Made by a program: the position numbers and the translations under genes
Notes under the pieces: generated by a model
What the model was told of the DNA's origin: nothing
Databases searched by the model: none
The model's input: the letters and a program-made list of their open reading frames with translations, nothing else
Source of the DNA: Macrostomum lignano
Lineage: Eukaryota
Direction of reading: 5' to 3'
NCBI GenBank assembly: GCA_002269645.1
Contig: NIVC01001836.1
Location: 3,749-67,748 of the forward strand
DNA length: 64,000 nucleotides
Shown here: positions 13,801 to 42,915 of the stretch, piece after piece
Layout: each line of letters begins with the position of its first letter
Position numbering within the stretch: position 1 is the stretch's first letter

Positions 13801-15335
13801 GATTTCCAATATGGGAGTAGATGGGAGTAGATTTTACTGATGGATTTCCAATATGGGAGTAGATTTTACTGATGGATTTCCAATATGGGAGTAGATTTTA
13901 CTGATGGATTTCCAATATGGGAGTAGATGGGAGTAGATTTTACTGATGGATTTCCAATATGGGAGTAGATGGGAGTAGATTTTACTGATAGATTTCCAAT
14001 ATGGGAGTAGATGGGAGTAGATTTTACTGATGGATTTCCAATATGGGAGTAGATTTTACTGATGGATTTCCAATATGGGAGTAGATTTTACTGATGGATT
14101 TCCAATATGGGAGTAGATGGGAGTAGATTTTACTGATGGATTTCCAATATGGGAGTAGATGGGAGTAGATTTTACTGATGGAATTCGAATATGCGAGTAG
14201 CTATTGATGATGGATTTCGAATATGGGAGTAGATTTTACTGATGGATTTTCAATATGGGAGTAGATTTTACTGATAGATTTCCAATATGGGAGTAGATTT
14301 TACTGATGGATTTCCAATATGGGAGTAGATTTTACTGATGGATTTCCAATATGGGAGCAGCTTTTACTGATGGATTTCCAATATGGGAGTAGATTTTACT
14401 GATGGATTTCCAATATGGGAGCAGCTTTTACTGATGGATTTCCAATATGGGAGTAGATTTTACTGATGGATTTCCAATATGGGAGTAGATTTTACTGATG
14501 GATTTCCAATATGGGAGCAGCTTTTACTGATGGATTTCCAATATGGGAGCAGCTTTTACTGATGGATTTCCAATATGGGAGCAGCTTTTACTGATGGATT
14601 TCCAATATGGGAGTAGATTTTACTGATGGATTTCGAATATGGGAGCAGCTTTTACTGATGGATTTCGAATATGGGAGTAGATGGGAGTAGATTTTACTGA
14701 TAGATTTCCAATATGGGAGTAGATTTTACTGATGGATTTCGAATATGGGAGCAGCTTTTACTGATGGATTTCGAATATGGGAGTAGATGGGAGTAGATTT
14801 TACTGATAGATTTCCAATATGGGAGTAGATGGGAGTAGATTTTACTGATGGATTTCCAATATGGGAGTAGATTTTACTGATGGATTTCCAATATGGGAGT
14901 AGATTTTACTGATGGATTTCCAATATGGGAGTAGATTTTACTGATGGATTTCCAATATGGGAGTAGATTTTACTGATGGATTTCCAATATGGGAGTAGAT
15001 TTTACTGATGGATTTCCAATATGGGAGTAGATTTTACTGATGGATTTCCAATATGGGAGTAGATTTTACTGATGGATTTCCAATATGGGAGTAGATTTTA
15101 CTGATGGATTTCCAATATGGGAGTAGATTTTACTGATGGATTTCCAATATGGGAGTAGATTTTACTGATGGATTTCCAATATGGGAGTAGATTTTACTGA
15201 TGGATTTCCAATATGGGAGTAGATTTTACTGATGGATTTCCAATATGGGAGTAGATTTTACTGATGGATTTCCAATATGGGAGTAGATTTTACTGATGGA
15301 TTTCCAATATGGGAGTAGATTTTACTGATGGATTT
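10835..15335. repeat. 4.5-kb satellite, 32-bp unit AATATGGGAGTAGATTTTACTGATGGATTTCC (plus 42-bp variants), with an inverted block at ~10962-11430
   Basis: Direct reading; the reverse-complement units (ACTCGCATATTCGAAATCCATCAATAAAAGCT) are visible. Confidence 0.97.
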
Positions 15336-16049
15336 CTGAGTAGTCCTTGAGTGGAGGGTGAGACAGAGTGGAGGGGAGGACAGGCACATTGAAGGGTGAA
15401 AAGGACGTGACTGAGATTGAAACAAGCAGTAGTTATTTAACAGAGAGAATAATTTTTCGTTGCAATGTAATCAGCATTGTCCTCAAAGTTACATAAAATT
15501 TTCCATGCACAGCCTCAGTTAGTTAGAATAGTTCTCACTTGCAACAACACGAGCTGGTTCTCCTTCCGGGTGTAATTTCCCTTTGAAGGCTGATATATTG
15601 TTTTAAAATTGAGATTACACCTTAATGGTTTTTAGTTCCATGTTACTTTTCGGTCGTCCAGTTAAAGCTCTAAGGGAGAGAGGGCTATGCGGGGTAGCCT
15701 CAGCCAATACGAAACCAGCAAGCGAGATAGGCGAGAAAGCATCTTAATAATCCATATAAATGCCGTTCCACTCATAAGAGGCTTCCACACACAAATTTGT
15801 CTGCTCTTAGGTAACTAAATATCCATATATACACTTAAAAATATTTTAAATTTTTCTGTGAAATGAAAAACAAATTTCGACTAATAATCAAATTTACGGC
15901 CATTGCAGTCGTCTTGGGCAGGTAAAATTCAGTTTTTCTATTTCTATCATATCATATCAATTTTGTGTCTGCCAGCCAGTTTCACATCATTCGAATGCTT
16001 CGAATGAATAAAAACTGTAGAATATAGGACTATAGCTTTTGCTGCTGGA

Positions 16050-16915
16050 TTTGAGATATGGGAGTAAATCTTATTGATGAATTCAGGATATGGGAGTAAA
16101 TCTTTGTGATAAATATCGGATATGGGAGTAAATCTTTGTGATAAATATCGGATATGGGAGTAAATCTTTGTGATAAATATCGGATATGGGAGTAAATCTT
16201 TGTGATAAATATCGGATATGGGAGTAAATCTTTGTGATAAATATCGGATATGGGAGTAAATCTTTGTGATAAATATCGGATATGGGAGTAAATCTTTGTG
16301 ATAAATATCGGATATGGGAGTAAATCTTTGTGATAAATATCGGATATGGGAGTAAATCTTTGTGATAAATATCGGATATGGGAGTAAATCTTTGTGATAA
16401 ATATCGGATATGGGAGTAAATCTTTGTGATAAATATCGGATATGGGAGTAAATCTTTGTGATAAATATCGGATATGGGAGTAAATCTTTGTGATAAATAT
16501 CGGATATGGGAGTAAATCTTTGTGATAAATATCGGATATGGGAGTAAATCTTTGTGATAAATATCGGATATGGGAGTAAATCTTTGTGATAAATATCGGA
16601 TATGGGAGTAAATCTTTGTGATAAATATCGGATATGGGAGTAAATCTTATTGATGAATTCAGGATATGGGAGTAAATCTTTGTGATAAATATCGGATATG
16701 GGAGTAAATCTTTGTGATAAATATCGGATATGGGAGTAAATCTTTGTGATAAATATCGGATATGGGAGTAAATCTTTGTGATAAATATCGGATATGGGAG
16801 TAAATCTTAGTGATAAATATCGGATATGGGAGTAAATCTTTGTGATAAATATCGGATATGGGAGTAAATCTTTGTGATAAATATCGGATATGGGAGTAAA
16901 TCTTAGTGATTGATT
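16050..16915. repeat. Satellite, 32-bp unit GATATGGGAGTAAATCTTTGTGATAAATATCG (~27 copies), related to the 10835-15335 unit
   Basis: Same period and shared ATATGGGAGTA core; same position relative to the duplicated unique segment. Confidence 0.95.
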
Positions 16916-17034
16916 TCGGATATTTGAATAGCTCACAGAATCTATGCAAAACCAGTAATTAATTTCCAACTAGCTCGTTCTTATGCATTTACAAAGCAAA
17001 AATGCCGAATGCCAACCCAAACTCTCTTTACCAG

Positions 17035-20000
17035 TTCAAGCGAGCACACGGGCGGAGTCGAGTTTGAGCTTTCTGAAGACACCGTGAAAGATCTCCGCAA
17101 CACCGACAGGGATGGCGACAACGCCAACCAAAGTCGAGCCCCTCGCTGGACTGTCTGGCTGAAGAAGTCACCCGATGAATTCGACATGAGCATTTTGTTG
17201 GAGAAGCAGAGGAAGGATGCCAATGTACGCCCAGGAGACACAATGCACAATCTCACGGTGACCTTGATGAGTAAGAGCGAATGAAAGAAATATGCTGGCT
17301 GCTAATTAAATACTTTTAAAATAGAGAGTTGCAAGCTCGCACAGCAGCTGCTTCTACAGTGCTAAGACTGTAAAGGTAGCAACTTCCGTCGGCTCTGCAT
17401 TACTGCCACAGCTCTGAGCCAGGGGGCGCCTGGGGGTGCCAAGCCTGCTGGAAAGGGGGGGGGGCGCCAAGCCTGCTGGAAAGGGGGGGGGCGCCAAGCC
17501 TGCTGGAAAGGGGGCGCCAAGCCTGCTGGAAAGGGGGGGCGCCAAGCCTGCTGGAAAGGGGGGGCGCCAAGCCTGCTGGAAAGGGGGCGCCAAGCCTGCT
17601 GGAAAGGGGGGGCGCCAAGCCTGCTGGAAAGGGGGGGGGGCGCCAAGCCTGCTGGAAAGGGGGGGGCGCCAAGCCTGCTGGAAAGGGGGGGGGGCGCCAA
17701 GCCTGCTGGAAAGGGGGCGCCAAGCCTGCTGGAAAGGGGGGGGCGCCAAGCCTGCTGGAAAGGGGAGGGGGCGCCAAGCCTGCTGGAGAAAGGGGGCGCC
17801 AAGCCTGCTGGAGAAAGGGGGCGCCAAGCCTGCTGGAGAAAGGGGGCGCCAAGCCTGCTGGAGAAAGGGGGCGCCAAGCCTGCTGGAGAAAGGGGGGCGC
17901 CAGGCCTGCTGGAAAGGGATGGGGGCGCCAAGCCTGCTGGAAAGGGGGGGGGCGCCAAGCCTGCTGGAAAGGGGGCGCCAAGCCTGCTGGAAAGGGGGGG
18001 CGCCAAGCCTGCTGGAAAGGGGGGGGCGCCAAGCCTGCTGGAAAGGGGGGGGCGCCAAGCCTGCTGGAAAGGGGGCGCCAAGCCTGCTGGAAAGGGGGGG
18101 CGCCAAGCCTGCTGGAAAGGGGAGGGGGCGCCAAGCCTGCTGGAGAAAGGGGGCGCCAAGCCTGCTGGAGAAAGGGGGCGCCAAGCCTGCTGGAGAAAGG
18201 GGGCGCCAAGCCTGCTGGAGAAAGGGGGGCGCCAGGCCTGCTGGAAAGGGATGGGGGCGCCCAGCCTGCTGGAGAAAGGAGGGCGCCAAGCCTTCTGGAG
18301 AAAGAGGAGGGCGTCCCATGCTTTGCCAGCCGATTCGGCCGAGAGGGCACGGCCCCCCCTCCCCTACTCGGAGCTTCTAGTACCTGCTACCCTGTCACAG
18401 CTGGGTGAACAAGAAAATTCAGTTTAGTCTGCTTTTAGTCATCTTTAGTTATTATAGCTAATTTGTGTGCAGCTCAAAACGCCTACTCACATGAATGTCA
18501 TGCGGCCAACTCTGCTTAACTCACAAAGAAATAGTTGTTTGGAGTGATGGCGATTTTTACAAATCAATCACAAATCCACAATTAAATGAGTTGAAAGCTC
18601 TAAAAGACATTGCGTTGCACATTGTATACATTTCAAATGGGATCTCCCTAATTGCTCCCTAATTGCAGAAAACGGCACGACTCAACGGCGTATTGTATGG
18701 AACGACAGAAACTTGACAACCTTTCGTCTGCAGCGGTGAGCAACGTTTGCATTGGGTCCAGTTTCACAATCTACGGGAGCTCTAAAAATGACAATATACC
18801 AATCATGGCCAACTCCTAGAAGGATCAGTCTAGCAGAGTTCCAGCAAAATTATCATTGGCTCCAGCTGTTTTGTGTATTTTTGGATTTTCTCGGACTATT
18901 TATCTAGTGCAAAACTTCATGCATTGCTATGCAAAAAAGCAAGCAATTTGCAAGATCCGTTCTGAAAACACAGCTGTACTTTGATTGTGGCGCTCTTATT
19001 CACTGATGCTTTTTGCCAAAAAGCATCCCCCTTAGGCGGAGACCTAAAAAAAATCGAAGGGGGGACCAAGCGAATTTTTGCCAAAAACAGAGCCACCCCT
19101 CCGCCCCCCCTTCCCGGGACTTTACCTTCCAGAATCCGCCCCCCCCCCCTCACAAAATTCCTGGTTGCGCTACTGAAAGCTCGTAACAATTTTTTAGGAA
19201 CGAGCACATTGTGATCGAGCAACGCATCGAAAATGCAACAGCGGTGGACATACGACTGTACATCCGGTTGACCGCCAGAGTACTGCCCTATCCAGATGCT
19301 CCAAGATCGACTGCTTCTCAACGCTACGTGGTTCGACGTATTGACTTCCTTTGTGCTTCGATTCCATTGAGCAATTGTTCCGTACTGGCCTCTATTGCTG
19401 CTCAGTTCAGCAGCTACCAGAAAATGAAGGAGCTTGGTGAGCCCTTTATATTTTGATGTTAATTTGTTGAGTTGTGGCTTTAAACATGTGACGAAATCCT
19501 GGCCTACTCGTATGAGCATGCAGAATATACTGTGGGTACATGTATTCGAGCATTCGACCACAGAGCATGCAACTCATCAGCTCAGCTTCAGGGTTGGCAC
19601 GAATGCTCTTTGGCTCGCTGTATCCGAATTCAGTAGCATGATAAGAACTATCAGATTAAAGTACCCTCTAAAAACGATTAGCGAGATTGCATGGATTCGA
19701 ACTCGCAGTTTACAAGCAAAATGGAAGCACTTTGAAGTTAGTGATTACATTCCGAATTTTTACTCCTGTTACTAAAGTTAACTAGAATTTATAATTTAAA
19801 AACTATAGGTTGTAGCCAAGTGGTTAGAGGGTCGGACCCACGACTTGAAGGTTGGGGGTTCGACACCCGATCCCACTGGAAAAAACTGTGTCCTTGAGCA
19901 AGACACTTAACTCTGCATCCCTTCAGTTCACCCTTGGACTAAACAGCCGTGGGCAGCCTTCAGATGCGCTGCGCAATAGCTGCGGCTGAGCTGTCGGTTG

Positions 20001-21900
20001 CATATCTTGCCCATTGGGGTGGGTGTTACAATTATTAATTATTGTTTTTATTATTATTATTGCTATTATTATCAATAGTATTATTATTATTGCTACTATT
20101 ATTATTCAAGCAATCAGCTCCCAATATGTAGAGAAACGATTTATCTCATGATAATTTCATCCTCGTTTAAACATCTCCAGAACAAAACAGTGAGCTGAAG
20201 GCTTCGCTCTCTGAACCTGTGTTGGTGGACGCTCGGTGCTGCAACGGCAGTGTCATGTACTATTCAAGGCACTGTGACAGCAACAACTGCACCAGCCCTG
20301 GACAGTGGCTGCCTGTAGATGGAGCCCAAAACTCTAGCGTTTGGTAAGTAATCAATTTCGTAGCCAAATTCGTGGGGAAATTAAGTAATTCTGAAGAATT
20401 TTTATAAGATTTGTCGCTTAAGTCGATTAAGTCGATTAAGTTAGACTGATAGAATGTGTCGTTCTTGACAGACCCATGCAGCTCAATATGCAAGTAAGTA
20501 GAGTGAGTAGGCCACTTTACATCACTTTAAATACTGTCTCTTCAAAAGGTTTAGCTGTGAACATTTCCTAAGGAACAATGCGGCAAGTCCATATTATTTT
20601 TTAAATCAAACTGAATTCAGGTCTATGACATTTGACTGCCGACCACACTCACGCCACCAACATGTATTTTGAGCTGCCAGTAGATGCAGTAGGTCTCTCA
20701 AGAAGGTAATAAATAATCTTGCATCAAGGAACACGGTAAGCTAGGCTAAGCTAGGCAAAAAGTATATGGATTGTTTCGGGCAAGAGTAGTGCTGCGGCTA
20801 AACGTTTCTGGCTGACAAACTGGGCAGACCCGTAGTACATGATGTACAGCGGTACATGTATGGTACATACAGATTTTCCTGTATGGGGCTGGGGCTGCTT
20901 CTGCTGGGGCTGCTTCTGCTGGGGCTGCTTCTGCTGGGGCTGCTTGAAAAGGCATTGAAATCTTAGCTACAAGCAAATAATTAGATATTTCTTTTCTGAA
21001 AATTGCACACAGAACTTGCCACCATAATACGTTTTCAACAAAAAAATGTTTTCAGCACAAAATTGACCGTTTCTCATTGTTTGGCCTTTATATTCACGAC
21101 TGTTTTTTTAAAAACATACAATTAAATGTAGAGTTACCAGTAACATGCAAATTACACTGTGAATTGCACCAAGTAGGGCTTTATCGGAGAAATTTTATAG
21201 AGAAATACTTGATACTTGTCCACAGTTGTGTTATAGTTGTCACAAAATCACAGTTGATAAACTTTTAAAGCACCACTACGGGGCCAAACACACATACTGG
21301 CTTCAAATGGTGATTGAATACAAAAAGACAAGAAATAGTGTACGCTCGTATTCAGTGGTATGGTCGGATAAGTCGAGATTCACGAGCATTAAATGAAAGT
21401 TTTGTCTATTGTGGATTGATTAAGTGCCCGCCGCGCAAAAAGTAATGGTACAATAGGCATGGCTATTTTTGATGGAAATTTCTATATAGATTTTATACTT
21501 TTATTTAAGAAAAACTAAAAAAAACGATTCTTCGATGAACAACTTCAGTTCGAGTGCCCAGACGACCGACTTCGTGACGCTACAGATTGGAGCAGACTCT
21601 GTGATTAATCTCGGCCTCAAGAACAAAGAGACTCAACTGGTTTTGCTGGACCTTTCTCGGCAAGATGATATGACTTCTATTCCGGCTTCGTGTGAATTAT
21701 CTAGTAGGAATTCTGATAATATCAACAGTATCGTGCTTTGGATCGTCCTGCCGTTGGCATTTACTGTTCTGTTGGTTCTGACTATCGTCCTGTATTACAA
21801 ATGTAGACGCCAAGACAGCGGTCATCGCAGAAGACAAGAAGAAAGCGACCATGACAACAGCCACAACGAACAAGTTTATTTCCGTACTAGTCCAGTTTGA
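17035..21900 (+). CDS. Paralogue 1: type I membrane protein with a CUB-like and a degenerate C-type-lectin-like ectodomain (5' end incomplete)
   Basis: Exons 17035-17270, 18669-18735, 19198-19436, 20181-20343 and 21549-21900 all have AG/GT ends and consistent phases (2-1, 1-2, 2-1, 1-2, 2-stop), giving an open frame. TM helix IVLWIVLPLAFTVLLVLTIVLYY is followed by KCRR. The domain call is by-eye motif similarity. Confidence 0.75.
17420..18295. repeat. GC-rich minisatellite, ~23-26 bp unit GCGCCAAGCCTGCTGGAAAGGGGG
   Basis: Direct tandem repeats with variable G runs; intronic. Confidence 0.95.
19030..19175 (-). mobile_element. Single end of a hAT MITE related to 6479-6900
   Basis: The reverse complement begins CAGTAGCGCAACCAGGAATTTT...G-run, like CAGTGGCGTAGCCAGGAATTTC...G-run. 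I did not find the other end. Confidence 0.5.
19808..20106 (+). mobile_element. tRNA-derived SINE with CORE-like central domain and (ATT)n tail
   Basis: Box A TAGCCAAGTGG, box B GGTTCGACACC, then GTGTCCTTGAGCAAGACACTTAAC (CORE/MIR-like) and an ATT-rich tail. Confidence 0.75.
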
Positions 21901-22042
21901 CTTTTGCTCAATGCGACTGGCTAGCTTTGTAAAAATTGACTAGAGGAGCAATGTATAGAAAAAGTGGAGTTTCTTGCTTTTTGTATGCTATACTCAGCTT
22001 GAAAGTTGCCACGGCGACTCTTAAAAATACATCATATACAGA

Positions 22043-22105
22043 GGTTTTAGCCTAGTGGTTAGAGCGTCGGTCTCTCGACTTGAAGATAGGGGGTTCGATT
22101 CGCTC
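22043..22105 (+). mobile_element. tRNA-like SINE head fragment
   Basis: Box A and B motifs, similar to the 19808 SINE head; no acceptor stem. Confidence 0.55.
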
Positions 22106-22661
22106 TTTTTCGCTTTAACAAAACAAAATTAACTCCTTCGTTGTTTTTGTTGTTGATCGTCGTTGTCATGTTTAGACTCCATTTGCATCCGTTCATTTTC
22201 TCCGGCTACAATCTAAAAACAGCCGGAGTTGTTTCCGAAAGGCTTACTGCGTATGCGCTTCCTTCGTGTCGTTACGACGCTACAAGACGTAGCTACGAGC
22301 AACTCACGGAACACTGAAAATAGCTTAGGAAAATCTTAGAAATTTACCACTAACTAAAAGCACTACAGATTTTAACTTATTGAGTATGCTGGACAGGCAA
22401 TTGTAACAAATGCCGATAACCGATACAACTTAGCTTCGAATCATTTTGAAGTCGGGAGTGACACGTATTAGTAAAGCTTTTTATAATGATCAAGGATGAG
22501 TTGGATTTCGCTGAATTATCGACAGCTTTTCTTTGCTTTTCTATTGAACATTTTCAAGTAAACTTGTGCAGAGCGAGAAGTGCTCTAAACATGTAGTGTA
22601 GTAACTTTGTAAAAGTTACTTTCGACGCTGTCATGTCGCTGTGTTGCGACACTCGAGCTGC

Positions 22662-22773
22662 TGTGGTTACGGCGGACAACCTGTCTGACCTGTTCGACAC
22701 TTCATCAGGAGTTTTGCAGGGTGACACGCTAGCGCCGTTCCTCTTCGTGCTGCTGCTGGACTGGGTGCTTCGG
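22662..22773 (+). mobile_element. Short RTE RT fragment
   Basis: Translates to VTADNLSDLFDTSSGVLQGDTLAPFLFVLLLDWVLRT; overlaps the 5' end of the 43918-44760 copy almost identically. Confidence 0.85.
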
Positions 22774-23389
22774 ACAAAACAAAAACAAAAACACAGTATT
22801 TAGTATATGTGGGTGGAATTAGTAGAATAAAAGTGTGTTTTGTGTACCAGTAGAATTGGGTAAAAATTAAAGACGCGAAAAATGGGAGGCAAAGCGCTGG
22901 CGCGCTGTTGGGTCGAGCCAGATTTATCTGTGCATTTCCACCCTCGGCCCGAGCCATGCAGACACTCCTCCTGTGGCCCGAGTCTTTTTTCCACTGGGCA
23001 GGTCAACTTATTAATTTATTTACATGTACACTATCAGTCAAAACGAAACACTAAATAACCTGCCTAAATAAATCCATTCGACCCAATCAAACAGTTTTCG
23101 AATTTACATAATCTTTGTCGGAAACTGTAAAAATGAATAGGAGCAGCTACTTCAAGTAGCTTCCCCTTCAAGTAGATTTTCTTGCTCATGCGCTCTTATA
23201 TCCCTTGAATGCATAATTACTTGAGTAATTGCCCAAAAAAATATGTAGAATCTTCCTTTCACATTTATCATCTGCGTGATGAGTTAAGCTTGGAAGATTA
23301 AACAACTTGGATGCTGCATATGGAATACCAGGAAATAGTAAGCCAGTTGTCTTTCAAAAAAGTTCAAATGTCTTCCTCAGTGGCAACTG

Positions 23390-23823
23390 AGACCTTCTCA
23401 ATATAGTTACCCTTCAGTTGGATGCATTTCTTCCACCGGGTAAGCAAGTCGTCAATGGCATATCTGTCGTCTTGGCATTTCGTGGACAAGAACCTGTCGC
23501 ACTTCCTTCTCAAGGCAGTCACGTTTGGCATGAACTCTGCCCCTCAGTTTCAGATTGCCACACAAGCAGAAGCAAATGAAACTTGAACTATAGATATAGA
23601 TATAGATATAGTCCAGTTCCAGTTCCTGTCCATGTATTGAGATGCACTACTCCACTGCAGTTAAGGACGCATAACTTTTGATAAGTTCGTGATATTTTCA
23701 AAATTCTTTCACTGTGTCATTTGTAAGTAAAGCCGCTATGAAATAAATCAGTTGCTGTTACTCTTGCTGACTGCTAAAAAGAGTAATGTGAAAAGTCCTA
23801 AGACTTTTTGGACACCCCTCGTA
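23390..23823 (-). mobile_element. Mariner transposon remnant (one TIR plus transposase C-terminus)
   Basis: TIR TACGAGGGGTGTCCAAAAAGT at the right end; 23395-23565 encodes ...FLSTK...AIDDLLTRWKKCIQLKGNYIEK, matching the mariner C-terminal RW.KCI..G.Y.EK. Confidence 0.75.
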
Positions 23824-24007
23824 GCTGGTTAAGTATCTACGAGTATGTATAAATTTAAGAGCGTAAGAATAAAAAATACGTCAGAAGAGAATTTACTTGC
23901 AACAGGTTGCTAGTCGAACTTACCTGATCTAAGCTGCTCATTAGCTACTTGTGCCAATTGGTCACATACTAAATGACTGTAGACAAATGACAACTGTAGA
24001 CAAAAAG

Positions 24008-24272
24008 TGTAATAAGCTAGGCTTGACAACTTAGTTTTTTATCTTCTATCGGCTTTTATCTTAAAACAAAAATTTCTGATCTTAAAGGCCTGTATTCGAG
24101 AACAGAATCCATTCTATTCAGCCCATTTTAGCGGCTTGCAGCGCACTGCCAGTCTTGAAGGAAAAAGGTTGCATTCATATTTGATTATTCCCGTGGGCTA
24201 AATAGAGTAGCGCAGTGCGTAAAAGCAAAAGTGGTGCCATAGACTAAAAGTCATTAGACTAGCCGCCACACA
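24008..24272 (-). mobile_element. Putative 3' LTR of the Gypsy element
   Basis: On the - strand, a purine tract GGGGGGAG is followed by TGTGGCGG..., downstream of the integrase ORF; possible end ...TTATTACA. The LTR end is a guess. Confidence 0.4.
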
Positions 24273-24373
24273 GCTCCCCCCAGCACCAAGCTACTTGCTG
24301 AAGTGTACTGGCCGACACTGCCGATGTGGCTGTCAGCGACGCTGAACAATGGTTGGCGGCGCTGCTGGCTGTG

Positions 24374-25659
24374 TCATATCCGTGTGCTTGGCTGGCTGCT
24401 GAAGTGGCGAGTCTGTAGCTCTCCAACCGGTGTGAGGCGAAACGATACTGACTGGTGCCCGCCTAGGACCCTAGGTCGACCTCGAGGGCGTAGCGCCGGC
24501 TGTGGAACTGGATCAGCAGTGTTCAACAGCGCAGGCTTTAACCTGTCCACGCTGACTCGATCTTTCCGGGTGCCTAGATCTAACAGAAAGGCTTTGGCTT
24601 CCCGCTCAATGACCTTGAATGGCCCATCATACGGTATTTGCAACGCCGCGCGGTGACCGTCTCGACGGACGAATACAAACGTGCAGGTATCGGGGCCGCG
24701 GGCCAAGCAGATGGACGGCTGCCGTGGTGCGACGTTGGCACCGGCCGAAAAGCCTGCACTGCTCTGCGCACTTGCAACAGGAACTGGTCGTACCCCAGAG
24801 TGTCGGGTGGGCTGGGCAGTAGGCACTCTCTGGGTACGCTGATAGGTGCCCCGCACACCAACTCTGCTGATGATGCTGGTAGATCTTCCTTAGGAGCCGT
24901 GCGGATGCCGAGAAGCACCATGAGCAGCTCGTTGATCCAGGTCGGTCCGGATAAGCGCGCCATCAATGAAGCCTTTAATTGCCGATGAAAGCGCTCGACC
25001 AGCCCATTCGACTGCGGGTGAACAGCCGTTGTCCGGTGCAGCTGCATTCCGAGTAGCCGGGAGCAGTTTGTCCACAGCTGCGAAGTGAACTGCGAGCCCC
25101 TGTCCGATGTAATGTCACGTGGCACACCAAACCGGGCTTCCCAATGGGAAATAAAAGCTGATGCACAAGCTGCTGCTGAAGTATCCGTCATGGGAATTGC
25201 CTCTGGCCACCGAGTGAAGCGGTCCACGATGGTAAACAGTTGAGTGAAACCCTGTGACAGCAGCAGTGGTCTTACCAGATCCACGTGAACATGGGCAAAA
25301 CGTTGTCCGGGGACCCGGATGCCTTCGATGGATGCGGCGACGTGTCGATGGACTTTGGCTGTCTGGCAAGCGACACAGGTCCGAGCCCACTGGGTGACGT
25401 CTTGGTTCATTTTTTCCCACACAAATTTTTCGGCCACCAAATGGCGCGTGCTGCGAACCGATGGGTGCGCGAGGCCGTGAATTGCGTCAAAAACAGAGCG
25501 GCAAAACTCCGGAGGTACGAATGGGCGCGGCCGACCGGTAGAGGTGTCGCACAGCAACACCAGCCCGGGGCTGATCTCCACTCGCGCCAGCTGAAGGTTG
25601 CTGCTTGTGTGAGCCATTGGGACCGCCTGTTGCGCCCTCGCCATCTCCTCGAAGTTCAC
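24374..25659 (-). mobile_element. Ty3/Gypsy integrase (frameshifted)
   Basis: HHCC zinc finger (HGLAHPS...CVACQ), DDE core (HVHVDLV, ITSDRGSQF, SNGLVERFHR) and GPY/F motif ([10 protein letters not shown]). Confidence 0.92.
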
Positions 25660-25689
25660 ACCAGGGAGTCACTGCGACCGAACTGCTGC

Positions 25690-26142
25690 CGCCGTACACC
25701 GAGAAAGTTGACGCTGTCGCTCGTTTTGCACCGCCCGCCACCGTCAAGGGCCTGCAGGAGCTCGCCGGCATGGTAAACTTCTACCATCGCTTTGTGCCGC
25801 GAGCCGCCCAGCTACTGCGCCCCAATCATGTGGCTACTGCTGGAAAAGGAAAACTGGTCCGTTGGAAACCCGAGCTGACGGCCGCGTTTAACAATGCTAA
25901 GCAGGCCCTGGCAGGTGCTGCAATGCTGGCGCAACCACTGCCAAAGGCGCCGATCGGCCTGACCGTGGACGCGTCTGACATCGCCATTAGTGCCGCTCTG
26001 GAGCCGCGAGTTAGCAACGGCTGGCAACAGCTGGCTTTCTTCAGTCGCCAGCTCCGTGCTCCAGAGCAGAAATACAGTGCTTTCGACCGCGAGTTGCTAG
26101 CCTTGTACCTGGCTGTCCGGCACTTTCGCTACTTTCTAGAAG
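25690..26142 (+). mobile_element. Ty3/Gypsy RT-connection/RNase H fragment, inverted relative to the integrase
   Basis: Motifs GMVNFYHRFVP, LTVDASD, LAFFSRQL and YSAFDRELLALY; truncated after FRYFLE. Confidence 0.9.
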
Positions 26143-27107
26143 TTTGGGTCGGAGGTCGGAGGGTCGGATATAAAAAACAATTGATAGAAATATTAAACCA
26201 GCTTTAAGATTGCTTTGTACATCTTTGTGTAGATTGAATGATTCTTGCCATAGACAAAAGCAACTTTAATGCTGTTGTTATAAATGTTTTTATTTATCCG
26301 CAGTTGGGGCCTCTCACAAGAAAAAAAATGCACACGTTTGAGATTTCATACGATTGAAACCACGCTAGCAAAACAATTCACGTCGTCGAAATCCTGATAT
26401 TTTTAGCTAATCGCATGTGACTGGCAACACATTTCTAGGATGTGGATTTTTGGGTTTATAAATTTTACTATCCTCGAAGAATTTACATGACTGTGTCTTT
26501 CGACGAAAACTGAACTCAAACAGGTAGTTGCTATTTGTAGCAAGAAATATAGCTCGTAAGATCAGTATCTTGCAAAGCGTGCTTCGACGAGAGCAATCTT
26601 CCGTCGATAACTTCACTACGAGATCCTGAGTACTAATTAATGAGGAGGGCGCTTTCGACCTACAACGAGGTGAAAAGGAGGATTTTTAATGTGCATTTAG
26701 AGTCGCGATTACTATGGTCTATAGCTAACCCCCACAGATTGAGGCAATGCGGATTGTACGCTCTTATGAGTACGAGTATATACCCAGACGAGAACTGTCT
26801 TGCCGATTGTTTTGTTACTGCTTCAGCCCGGCCCACCTTTATATATGCTGCTATTTTTAGAAACAAAATTTAACTATTGTTTTGTACAGCATGCGTCACA
26901 AAGTACAGTGTGGAAGGCAAATCCAAGGATTTACCGCCGTGACTTAATTTAATATACCAATAGTGAAGTTACATTTTAGACATTTTTGTAGCTTACTATG
27001 GTGCGTTGCTTTTGCAAAGCTTTGTGGCCTTAATCGGCTTAGAGTTCTACTCACCCAAAGACTAAAGATGAGAACTGGTCGAAACGATCTACAGTCCTCT
27101 TCTGCAG

Positions 27108-42915
<15,808 letters not shown>

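Noticed and set aside
20621-20705. Constitutive exon of paralogue 1
   Set aside because: At 85 nt it breaks the frame as assembled; left out of the model pending read evidence.
22043-22105. Functional tRNA gene
   Set aside because: No acceptor-stem pairing; matches the SINE head at 19808.
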